Source: Candidatus Micrarchaeota archaeon (GTDB lineage Archaea; Micrarchaeota; Micrarchaeia; Anstonellales; Bilamarchaeaceae). From it: DNA of 13,459 nucleotides. Shown in pieces: positions 6,100-13,459 of this stretch (positions are counted from its first letter, which is position 1; the number at the start of each line of letters is the position of its first letter). The notes under the pieces are model-generated. The model did no database searches and was not told the origin of the DNA. It worked only from the letters and a program-made list of their open reading frames with translations. The position numbers and the translations under genes were made by a program. The stretch is taken from assembly GCA_043816005.1 (NCBI GenBank), contig JBDRIM010000020.1, forward strand, positions 1 through 13,459, given 5' to 3'.

Positions 6100-7293
6100 C
6101 TACCCACCAAACAAATTCTTTTTCATAATAGTTAGAATATGTTCTGGGTGCGGACCAAGTCTTATCAATGTAGTTTGTCCTCTTATACCTTTTCCACTTG
6201 GAGTTGTTACTATCAAACCAAGTATTTCAAGATCATTTAAATATTCTTTATACCATCTTGAACTTCTAGGTCTTTTTCTGCTCATTTTACATGCTTTTTC
6301 ATATTCTTCGTAAACCTCTCCAGACAAAAGCATACCTGTATTCTCAGTTCCATCTAGTCTTGAATATCTGCTTCCATTGCTTGTCAGACTGGCAACTGAG
6401 TAAAGAACTAATTGATGCATTTCAGGCAGAGTGTTTACGGTTTCAAGAGTGATATCTAACTCAACATTTTTCCTTGCAGCCTCAACATCAGTATCTATTA
6501 CCTTTTGTCGTTTTTCTTGTTGAACTATCTCAGCTGCTTTGTTGAGTAGTTTAAGTGCATATCTTGCATCGCCATTCTCCTGCGAGGTTATTGCAGCAGC
6601 CAAATTTATCGCAGATGAATCAACTGTGTTTGGTACGAATGCCTCTTGCACTCTTTGATCTAGTATCCTTCTAAGTTGTTCTGCTGTGTATGGTTGGAAT
6701 ATCATTTCAGTCTCATAAAGACTGCTTCTGCTTCTTGGATCAAGCGAATCCTTGAAAGATAGTCTATTTGAGATTCCAATTATGCTTACTCCGCCTTTTT
6801 TGATTTCATCATTGGAACGTGTTAAAGTGTAAACAAGATCATCAAGATCCTTGATCATATCTATTTCATCCAAAACAATAATCACTTGTTCATCTTTTGA
6901 TGCAATCTCAACTAATTTTTCATAGAGGAATGGCAGACCAAAACCTGCCTTTTCCAATTCTGGTACATATCCTTTTAGTATTCTTTGCAGAATTCTATAT
7001 CTTGAATTGTATATTCTGCAATTTATGTAGTGTGTACTTGCCTTATGTTCGTTTTTCGCTTCGATAAACTCTTCTATAACCCTCTTAGTAGTGCATGTTT
7101 TTCCTGTTCCTGTTTTTCCATAGATGATAAGGTTTCGGGGTTTTTGGCCTTTTAATGCAGATGATAAAATACTCATAATATCATGGAGCTGCTGCTCCCT
7201 GAAACGCAGGTCTTTTGGTACATAATGTGGCGAGAGAACAGAAGCATCTTTGAAGATGGTCTTCTCTGATAGTATTTTATCAAAAGAAGTCAT
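6100..7293 (-). CDS. cdc6: Orc1/Cdc6 replication initiator
   Basis: L.PHYVP..L..RE; Walker A GKTGTGKT; Walker B IIVLDEID; LDPR..SSL; F.PYTAEQL..IL..R; GDARYAL; C-terminal winged helix LNDLE.LGLI....SGKG.RG.T. Confidence 0.97.
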   Translation of the reverse strand: MTSFDKILSEKTIFKDASVLSPHYVPKDLRFREQQLHDIMSILSSALKGQKPRNLIIYGKTGTGKTCTTKRVIEEFIEAKNEHKASTHYINCRIYNSRYRILQRILKGYVPELEKAGFGLPFLYEKLVEIASKDEQVIIVLDEIDMIKDLDDLVYTLTRSNDEIKKGGVSIIGISNRLSFKDSLDPRSRSSLYETEMIFQPYTAEQLRRILDQRVQEAFVPNTVDSSAINLAAAITSQENGDARYALKLLNKAAEIVQQEKRQKVIDTDVEAARKNVELDITLETVNTLPEMHQLVLYSVASLTSNGSRYSRLDGTENTGMLLSGEVYEEYEKACKMSRKRPRSSRWYKEYLNDLEILGLIVTTPSGKGIRGQTTLIRLGPHPEHILTIMKKNLFGG

Positions 7294-7617
7294 GCTTCTT
7301 TGTTGTTAGGAAATGTTTTTAATTCCAGAATAGTGGAAGTTTACCTTTAGAAGTTGTAATTACGACGTTAGTTGATATTGATAGAACATCTTGTTCATCC
7401 CCCTCAAGTTCCAAGATATCTTTCTGAAGAGAAAAGTGCGCCACAATATCCATTCCTATCAGATACACTAAACCACAAAGGAAGCATTGTTTTAGTCTCG
7501 TTGAAAGAGCAATAATTTTTTTGAATCATATTGTAAATATGCTAAATTATTCGTTTTGCTATAGGTTTTAATAGTTTATCGTATACAATGAACCCTACTA
7601 TTAAGGAGGCGAATTGA
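7294..7617. other. Candidate replication origin (oriC) / divergent promoter region upstream of cdc6
   Basis: Longest intergenic region of the window, adjacent to the cdc6 5' end. ORB-like TGGAACTTGAGGGGG on the minus strand (7413-7399), TTCCA-N6-TGGAA at 7323-7338, AT-rich tract about 7510-7580. Matches to the ORB consensus are imperfect. Confidence 0.45.
7603..7609 (+). promoter_or_regulatory. Shine-Dalgarno site
   Basis: AAGGAGG 8 nt upstream of ATG 7618; TATA-like TTTTAATA at 7566-7573 further upstream. Confidence 0.7.
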
Positions 7618-8010
7618 ATGATTGTTGGTGAAAGGATACTAGAAGTAAGTGGCTCTAAAACCCCTAAAACAAGCATCCAGGGGCTTAGTATAAACATTTC
7701 TATTGAAGATGTGGCACTTGATGCAGAAACTTTAGAAATAACCTACGTTTATACGGCTGATTATCAAGATAAGGTGGGTAATCTAAAAATAAAAGGTATT
7801 CTTCTAGCAAAAGAAGATACTGCAACATCAAAATCTATCTTAGATACCTGGAAAAAGACAAAAAAAGTGCCAGATGATTATGCATCTATCGTATTAAGCG
7901 CAGTTAATTACAGTGGAAGTGCAAACGGGACTTTGATCGCACGTGTTCTTGGTTTGACTGCACCGTTGATTCCACCTAAGATCCAATTATCTTCTAAAGA
8001 TAAAAAATAA
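7618..8010 (+). CDS. Conserved archaeal hypothetical protein, possible SecB-like fold
   Basis: Strong SD. Four alternating beta-strand patterns (ISIEDV, LEITYVYTADY, GNLKIKGILL), W.K.KK.P helix, long helix and L..PLIPPKI C-terminus resemble a widespread archaeal family. Fold assignment is inference. Confidence 0.75.
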   Translation: MIVGERILEVSGSKTPKTSIQGLSINISIEDVALDAETLEITYVYTADYQDKVGNLKIKGILLAKEDTATSKSILDTWKKTKKVPDDYASIVLSAVNYSGSANGTLIARVLGLTAPLIPPKIQLSSKDKK

Positions 8011-8051
8011 TTTTTAATTTTATTCTCTAAAAAGGAGATTCAAAAAGGTGG

Positions 8052-8072
8052 CAGGAAGGCAAAGCCTTCCTG
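8052..8072. terminator. Perfect 9-bp hairpin between convergent genes, putative terminator
   Basis: CAGGAAGGC-AAA-GCCTTCCTG; on the minus strand it is followed by CCACCTTTTT. A separate T-rich tract (8011-8021) follows the plus-strand gene. Confidence 0.55.
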
Positions 8073-8092
8073 ATTGTCTTGAAATAGGAATT

Positions 8093-8527
8093 TCAAGGAC
8101 AACATTGGTCCTTTTTATTTTGTAATCTTTCCAGCGCAGCTAATGCATCTTCTTTTCTTTTATATTGTACAAAAACATGGTCATGATAATAAGCAGATAC
8201 TGCGTTGCAATTTATTTCTTCTTTTGCAAGTGCCGAAGCTATTTTAGCCATAAACCCTACCGCAAGAAGATCTGAATGTACTTCAAGTGTTATGAGTGCA
8301 AATGGTCCTGCAATTTTTTTTGTTAATGTTTTCATATCCTTCAGTACATCTTCGGTAAATATTGTGGTTAAGCCTTTATTTTCTTTGTAAACACAGACGA
8401 TACAATCAAGATAATTTGCCAGAGTCATCAACTCTCCTTCATCAAAAGACCCAATGTAATATTTTTCTTTGTTTAGAGTTGGTTTCATCTTTCTCAATAG
8501 TTCATCAAGATCCGATATTCCAGCCAT
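8093..8527 (-). CDS. Tandem ACT-domain protein (COG3602 / DUF2241 + ACT_7 type)
   Basis: ATG 8527 with AGGTGA SD overlapping the priS stop; MAGISDLDELLRKMKPTL start; ITLEVHSDLLAVGFMAKIASALA...I.CN.VSAYYHDHVFV signature. Confidence 0.88.
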   Translation of the reverse strand: MAGISDLDELLRKMKPTLNKEKYYIGSFDEGELMTLANYLDCIVCVYKENKGLTTIFTEDVLKDMKTLTKKIAGPFALITLEVHSDLLAVGFMAKIASALAKEEINCNAVSAYYHDHVFVQYKRKEDALAALERLQNKKDQCCP

Positions 8528-8531
8528 AAAT

Positions 8532-9620
8532 TCACCTACTAATGATTGCACTTCCTTTACATACTAAAAAAACAGCTATATGCTGTTTGAGTTCTATTTC
8601 CGAATCTTTTTTGAATGGTCCAATCCCACCGAAAACAGATTCAAGTTCAGGTACATCTTCTATGAATCTTATTTTTATATCAACGTTATTTTTTATTATT
8701 GCATCTTTCCAGGGTGTAAATGTTTCAATATCATCAACAATCTTGGCAATCAAACCAGTTTCTCCATGGATGCTATTTGGCACTCTTATAAGTTTGCTTA
8801 AATCTTGTGTAACTCCAACGTCCGTATCAACAGAATGGATTGGTAATTCGTCAGCTACAATTTTAAGTCGTTTTATCAGGTCACCAAACTTCAAAGAAGT
8901 TTTACTCCAATTCCCTTCATTTACCCCACTGATGAAAAATTCCCTATTTTTCTCTTTTGTGAACAAACGTGTTATCACTGTTGGTTTTTCATTAATTATA
9001 TCTATTACTCCACGTGCCAATCTTCCTCTATATCCACTTTCATCTGGCATTGGTCCGACAAGTCGTTTATTGTCTGCCACAATAAAAAACTGGGTGTAAT
9101 CCAATCCTTGTCCCATTACATAATCAACAAGCTCTCTTCTTTCTTCACCGCCAATTGATATAAATGCAGGATCACGTACGTGGACATGGTAACCTCTATT
9201 TCCAGAAAAAACCATAACAACGTGCTCTTTTTTGATGCCAAAATCATTTATCAAAAAATCATTAACAAGACGGATGAGGTCTCTTTTAACTTCATCAAGC
9301 TTGGCAAATGCTCCATATTTTCCTTCCGCATGTATATCTAAATCAAAGACCAAATCCGCGCATTTCCATTGCTTTTTTTGTATTGGTGTTGCTCCAGGGA
9401 ATTCATAGTAGGCAGTTGAATGGGAGACAAACAAAGGCGTATTTGTGGCAAGATAGCGTTTGAATTCTGTTACATTTGCAAAGTTTAAGTGGCGTGCATC
9501 TATTTTTTTAATATTTCCAAAACCAAATTCCCTTTGTTCTATCCCAGGTATTCGTATGTCTGCATTTTCGTAATATGATGCAAATATTTTTTTAACTTCC
9601 AAAAAATCCTGCTGGTTCAT
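8532..9620 (-). CDS. priS: DNA primase catalytic (small) subunit
   Basis: REFGF, RH..F, S.AYY..P, W..ADLVFDLD, FSGNRGYHVHV, D..VT.D..KLIR.P.S.HG.TG motifs of archaeo-eukaryotic primase; ATGA overlap with priL and SD GAGGTGA. Confidence 0.96.
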   Translation of the reverse strand: MNQQDFLEVKKIFASYYENADIRIPGIEQREFGFGNIKKIDARHLNFANVTEFKRYLATNTPLFVSHSTAYYEFPGATPIQKKQWKCADLVFDLDIHAEGKYGAFAKLDEVKRDLIRLVNDFLINDFGIKKEHVVMVFSGNRGYHVHVRDPAFISIGGEERRELVDYVMGQGLDYTQFFIVADNKRLVGPMPDESGYRGRLARGVIDIINEKPTVITRLFTKEKNREFFISGVNEGNWSKTSLKFGDLIKRLKIVADELPIHSVDTDVGVTQDLSKLIRVPNSIHGETGLIAKIVDDIETFTPWKDAIIKNNVDIKIRFIEDVPELESVFGGIGPFKKDSEIELKQHIAVFLVCKGSAIISR

Positions 9621-10549
9621 TTTTTCACCTCACCACTTCGTAAACCAGGCCAGTTCATTGGATGTGCTATTCTACAAACAGCACAACAAAGTCCGTAGGT
9701 CATCACTGTTGCGCAGGAAGCCACTTTATACCCTTTTTTCTTTATGTGACTTACTTGGTAACGTGTAACTTTTTCATTAAAATCAGGAAGATCGCTAAAT
9801 AGTTGGGTAATCTGGTTTTCATTCATTCCAATAGCCAAAAAGTACGTAACTATGTACAATCTGGCCTGATGAGGAAGGTTGTTGTGTTTTTTCATTTCTT
9901 CAAAAAGTTTAGCAACGCATGGTGGGTGGCTTTCCACATTAATTATCACTCTACTTTCACTTTTTGGAATTTCATTAAGTAATCTTTGACCTGCATCTTT
10001 TATCATATCTGGCGGGTCCTTTACAAGTGGGATGTTTTCAATGTGTTTCTTTACTGCTTCCTCTATCAATCGTTTCTTTTCATCAACGTTCAGTTCAACA
10101 AACCCCCTAAACAATTTCCTATTTATCAGTCTATAATGTGGGTTTCTAAGGCTGAACTTGAGGTAGGTTGGAAGATCAAGTAATAGTCGTTTTTCAACTC
10201 TAACATTTATCCCAAAAACAGCACCAACTCTATTTATTGTTGATTCATCATCATGATCAAGGTGGCTTCGTACGATTTTTGATTCGTTAACAGCAAAGCG
10301 ATTTGTTAGGAAATTATTGTGAAGATGGCCCAAAATCATTCTTGCAGCAGCAAACGAAGCAATTTCCTCTTTTTTATCCGCATCATGCAGGATCATTCTT
10401 GGACTGTTTTTTTCACTAAGGGCTTTTTTTATGCGTTCTACTGCAAGTTCGATAATTCGTTCGCTAATATCTATATTTTTTATATATTCTTTAGCGCTAT
10501 CACTGAATGGATACCTTAGTGCGAATTCTAGCCCTTCCACCATAGCCAA
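9617..10549 (-). CDS. priL: DNA primase large (regulatory, Fe-S) subunit
   Basis: YPF...AK N-terminus, RFA..ESK, L.NR.L..G.V, PPCV, NLPH.AR, F...PDF.E..TRYQV.HI, Cys cluster SCATVMTYGLCCAVC...HP; directly upstream of priS. Start is TTG 10549 or ATG 10543. Confidence 0.93.
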   Translation of the reverse strand: MAMVEGLEFALRYPFSDSAKEYIKNIDISERIIELAVERIKKALSEKNSPRMILHDADKKEEIASFAAARMILGHLHNNFLTNRFAVNESKIVRSHLDHDDESTINRVGAVFGINVRVEKRLLLDLPTYLKFSLRNPHYRLINRKLFRGFVELNVDEKKRLIEEAVKKHIENIPLVKDPPDMIKDAGQRLLNEIPKSESRVIINVESHPPCVAKLFEEMKKHNNLPHQARLYIVTYFLAIGMNENQITQLFSDLPDFNEKVTRYQVSHIKKKGYKVASCATVMTYGLCCAVCRIAHPMNWPGLRSGEVKK

Positions 10550-11060
10550 TTTTCTCCTTCTTTACTTTTATACTCTTGCTAACTGTACCAAATACTGTAT
10601 AACCAATATCAAATAGGATTATCCCTATAAAGTAGTCAAATCTACCAAAGAAAACCATTGTTAGTGCTCCTATCTTTAAGAATGGTCTAAGTTCTGCAAG
10701 CAATCTCCATTTTCCTATATAATCTTCTTCATCTAAGAAGGCAAGTACCATGAAGTATAATAAAAATATCGGTTCAATTCCCGGAAATCCGAAATATAAC
10801 AAGGATAAAATTGCCACCAAAAATCCGAATCTATGAGATATAGTGTCTATTTTTCTTGCAAGAACTTGCGCAAGCAATGCCCCTAAAAACAACAATCCAA
10901 AACTAGCAGTACTGATAATATACCCAATCAAAATTCCATATGCAAACCCAAGCGGTAGTTTAAACCAAGATGGTTTCTTTTTTTCATCATCCATCCAATC
11001 CACTACCTTCACCAAGAATCCAGCCAAAAACGCAAGCACAAAAAATATTAGGTCAGACAT
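10500..11060 (-). CDS. Uncharacterised multi-TM archaeal membrane protein
   Basis: About 6-7 hydrophobic helices with polar motifs K.VDW.DD, KID...H, FLDE, R..LK, FD.GY. ATG 11060 (preceded by AAGTGA) preferred over GTG 11069. Confidence 0.8.
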   Translation of the reverse strand: MSDLIFFVLAFLAGFLVKVVDWMDDEKKKPSWFKLPLGFAYGILIGYIISTASFGLLFLGALLAQVLARKIDTISHRFGFLVAILSLLYFGFPGIEPIFLLYFMVLAFLDEEDYIGKWRLLAELRPFLKIGALTMVFFGRFDYFIGIILFDIGYTVFGTVSKSIKVKKEKIGYGGRARIRTKVSIQ

Positions 11061-11065
11061 ATCTA

Positions 11066-11953
11066 TCACTTCAAAAATTTCTCCATCATAAGAGGAACTG
11101 CAATTGATGCATCACAATCGACAGTTACATGGTTTAATTTTCCATCAGATTTAATTTTACCCCACGAAATTCCTTCATTGGTTCTAGCTCCACTCAATGA
11201 GCCATCCCAGGGTGATGAAGTGGTAACATAAACAGCATATTCAAATCCATCTCTCAATAAATTTACTCCTATTGCGTGGTGCTTTGATATACCACCACCA
11301 AGAACAATCCCACCTGTTTTCTTTGCATTCATGGCAAGTTGGGCAAGCTCATTCATATCTTTAGTAACGTCTATCCCGAAATCTTTCCTTTTTTGTTTGT
11401 AAAAGTATGTTTGTAATCCAATGGCAGAATCTGTTATTCCAGGACAGAATACTGGTATTTTGTTCTTATTACACCAATAAAGAAATGAATCTTCTTTTGT
11501 TTTTTCTCCTATCTTTCTTGCAATCTGAGATGGCGAAACCATTTTTTGCTCTTGATAAAGCTCTTCGAAAACAGGCTGCATGAATTTTTCTAAATAACTA
11601 TAGCATTCGTTTGGAACCAAAAGGTTGCCTATTCTATTTATCTCTTTTTGATGGAGTTCTTTATCATCCATCATAAAATCCCCTATATGGTATTTTTTCG
11701 ATGAGCGGATAAGGTCATGATCAAGACTACCGCCTGCAGTTATTACAACATCAACAAATTTTTTCTTGCACATCTGGGCAAAAACACCACGAAGACCAGA
11801 AGCAACCATATTTGAAGTAAAAGTAAGGAAAACAAGTGCATCATCTTTTTTCATTCTTTCAATTATTTCTATTGCTTTTCCAAGGTTGGTTGCCTGGAAA
11901 CCAGTTGATAAATAATCATGTTTATCATCAAATTTCAAATCAGTAACATCCAT
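11066..11953 (-). CDS. dhs: Deoxyhypusine synthase
   Basis: GFQATNLG, TSNMVASGLR, TAGG..HD, INRIGN, PGITDSAIG, LGGGISKHH, DGSLSGAR..E.ISWGK including the catalytic Lys. Confidence 0.96.
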   Translation of the reverse strand: MDVTDLKFDDKHDYLSTGFQATNLGKAIEIIERMKKDDALVFLTFTSNMVASGLRGVFAQMCKKKFVDVVITAGGSLDHDLIRSSKKYHIGDFMMDDKELHQKEINRIGNLLVPNECYSYLEKFMQPVFEELYQEQKMVSPSQIARKIGEKTKEDSFLYWCNKNKIPVFCPGITDSAIGLQTYFYKQKRKDFGIDVTKDMNELAQLAMNAKKTGGIVLGGGISKHHAIGVNLLRDGFEYAVYVTTSSPWDGSLSGARTNEGISWGKIKSDGKLNHVTVDCDASIAVPLMMEKFLK

Positions 11954-11957
11954 AAAA

Positions 11958-12701
11958 TCATCTTTTCACTACTGCCAATTCATTTGCCAAATCAGATGCA
12001 CAGAAATCATATCCAAATCGTTTCTTTAACCTCTCGCCTGCAAGGCCGTTGAGTTTTGCTCCAGTAAATGCAGAATCAAAGGCAGAATTCTTACAAAAAA
12101 GTGCAGCAACAAGCCCAGCAAGCACATCACCTGTACCGCCTTTTGTCATACCTTGATTATGGGTTTTGTTTATTTTTGTTATCTTTCCATCTGAGATTAT
12201 ATCTCCTTTTGGATCTTTTTTCAATATAACAACTCCATAACTATCTGCCATTTTTTGAACATTATCTTTAGTACCACCACACCCAAACAAATTTTTGAAT
12301 TCGTTTTCGTGTGGGGTGAGGATAACTGACCCGGGAGTAAGTGTGCAAAGTTTATCTTTTACTGCCATAAGTCCATCCCCATCTATAACCAGTTTTTTAC
12401 TGTTTTTTACAAGATAATCAACATCTATTTTTGCATCTGCCAAACCAATCCCAAAAAGTACACAATCACATTTTTTGGCCATGCTAACATCAAAAACAAT
12501 CATGGCTTCTGGAATTGTTTTTACTGCATTAATCAAAAATGGATCATTCTCTCCAGGGTAAAAATAAAGAAGATCAACAAATCGTCTTGCTGCAAGAATG
12601 GAGAACATTGGTGCTCCGTGATAAATTTTACTGCCTCCTATAATCAAAAGTTTGCCATTTTGACCCTTATGTGAATATTTTGGAGGAACATATATTTTCA
12701 T
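11958..12701 (-). CDS. nnrD: ADP-dependent NAD(P)H-hydrate dehydratase (standalone YjeF C-terminal domain)
   Basis: SHKGQNGKLLIIGGS..YHGAP, VIDGDGL, ILTPH..EF, GGTGDVLAG motifs; SD GAGGT upstream. Confidence 0.92.
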   Translation of the reverse strand: MKIYVPPKYSHKGQNGKLLIIGGSKIYHGAPMFSILAARRFVDLLYFYPGENDPFLINAVKTIPEAMIVFDVSMAKKCDCVLFGIGLADAKIDVDYLVKNSKKLVIDGDGLMAVKDKLCTLTPGSVILTPHENEFKNLFGCGGTKDNVQKMADSYGVVILKKDPKGDIISDGKITKINKTHNQGMTKGGTGDVLAGLVAALFCKNSAFDSAFTGAKLNGLAGERLKKRFGYDFCASDLANELAVVKR

Positions 12702-12717
12702 ATTTCTACCTCGTTAC

Positions 12718-13458
12718 TCAAAAATATTTCCTAATTTCTTTATTCATATTTTCTGCTTCTTTTACTGCAGCATCTACTGGTCTACCACCTTTTTCAAAGG
12801 CATATGCAATTGATGAGGACGCATTAATTCTGTGGATTGGTAGGTGGTCTTTAATCGCATCAAGAACCATTCCAAGATTTCCGCCTTGAGCACCAATACC
12901 AGGAATCAAAAACGGAACTTTCCCATTAGTTTTTTTAGCGAGTTTTTTTATGGCATCAGAAGTTGCACCGACAACCGCACCACAGTTCCATTCAAGAATT
13001 TTATCCATTACTGATTCGTAAAGTGGCATTTTTTCAACGAGATTAGTTTGGAAATCCTCTGCACCTTTGTTGGATGTTCGACATAAGATATATGCTAATT
13101 TTCCTTCCCTTAAAAATGGTAAAACAGAATCAGATCCCATGTAAGGACTTATGGTTAGGGCATCAGCACCCCAGAAATCATATCCTTCTTTTGCATATGC
13201 ATCGCTACTTTTTCCAATATCTCCTCTTTTAACGTCGAGAATTACCCATGTTTTATTGCGGTAGCGGTTAAGAATATCTCTAAGTGCATATAATCCATCA
13301 AATCCATACTGGGCAAAATATGCATAATTCGGTTTTATTGCTGAGATCGCATTTTCTGCAATAAGCTTGTCAGTTATCTCGCTGAAAAAAGCAGTTATAT
13401 CTTTTGCTGTTGCATTTGGGATATATTTCTCTATTCTTCTCAGATCAGGGTCAATACC
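12718..13458 (-). CDS. pyrF: Orotidine-5'-phosphate decarboxylase, subfamily 2 (5'-truncated by window)
   Basis: Frame is open beyond the listed Met to the window end: GIDP...KPNYAYF...VILDVKRGDIG...ADALTISPYMGSDS...LCRTSN...GAVVGAT...FLIPGIGAQGG. Confidence 0.95.
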   Translation of the reverse strand, partial: GIDPDLRRIEKYIPNATAKDITAFFSEITDKLIAENAISAIKPNYAYFAQYGFDGLYALRDILNRYRNKTWVILDVKRGDIGKSSDAYAKEGYDFWGADALTISPYMGSDSVLPFLREGKLAYILCRTSNKGAEDFQTNLVEKMPLYESVMDKILEWNCGAVVGATSDAIKKLAKKTNGKVPFLIPGIGAQGGNLGMVLDAIKDHLPIHRINASSSIAYAFEKGGRPVDAAVKEAENMNKEIRKYF

Positions 13459-13459
13459 A

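Noticed and set aside
6188..6204. ORB-like CTCCAAGTGGAAAAGG on the minus strand within cdc6
   Set aside because: Encodes the wing motif T-P-S-G-K-G; has an extra base relative to the ORB core and no G-string.
7319..7453. 44-aa minus-strand ORF MDIVAHFSLQKDILELEGDEQDVLSISTNVVITTSKGKLPLFWN upstream of cdc6
   Set aside because: Short, no recognisable motif or properly spaced SD, and overlaps the ORB-like elements and predicted cdc6 promoter; cannot be fully excluded without a homology search.
11958..12701. NnrD without a fused NnrE epimerase domain
   Set aside because: Standalone dehydratases are common; nnrE may lie elsewhere in the genome.
8205..12889. Plus-strand ORFs over the ACT, priS, priL, membrane protein and nnrD/pyrF genes
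   Set aside because: Antisense shadows of conserved housekeeping genes.
1..13459. tRNA/rRNA, CRISPR array, transposase/integrase or defence genes
   Set aside because: No such patterns seen; nearly all sequence is accounted for by protein-coding genes.

Overview
Archaeal chromosomal segment, low GC, with GGTGA/GGAGG-type Shine-Dalgarno (SD) motifs and very tight gene packing. The gene content fits a DPANN-type archaeon such as Micrarchaeota or Iainarchaeota, but this is inference. Left to right: (i) the 3' part of a large Ser/Thr/Gly-rich, probably secreted protein; (ii) a six-gene minus-strand copper cluster (cupredoxin - CopZ - HMA/Met-rich membrane protein - CopA - cupredoxin with Cys-Gly tail - MerT/MerC-like CxxC membrane protein), divergent from a membrane-anchored winged-HTH regulator, with a 9-6-9 palindrome and a third half-site around a shared TATA-like element; (iii) cdc6/orc1 followed by a 324-bp intergenic region with ORB-like motifs (candidate oriC) and a divergent conserved archaeal protein with a possible SecB-like fold; (iv) a minus-strand housekeeping string pyrF - nnrD - dhs - membrane protein - priL - priS - ACT-domain protein, ending at a 9-bp hairpin. 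The best candidate for an undescribed system is the copper cluster: a Met-lined HMA-fused membrane protein, a putative transmembrane copper sensor with a candidate operator, and a last gene whose reading frame lacks a canonical start codon. No RNA genes, CRISPR arrays or mobile elements were recognised.
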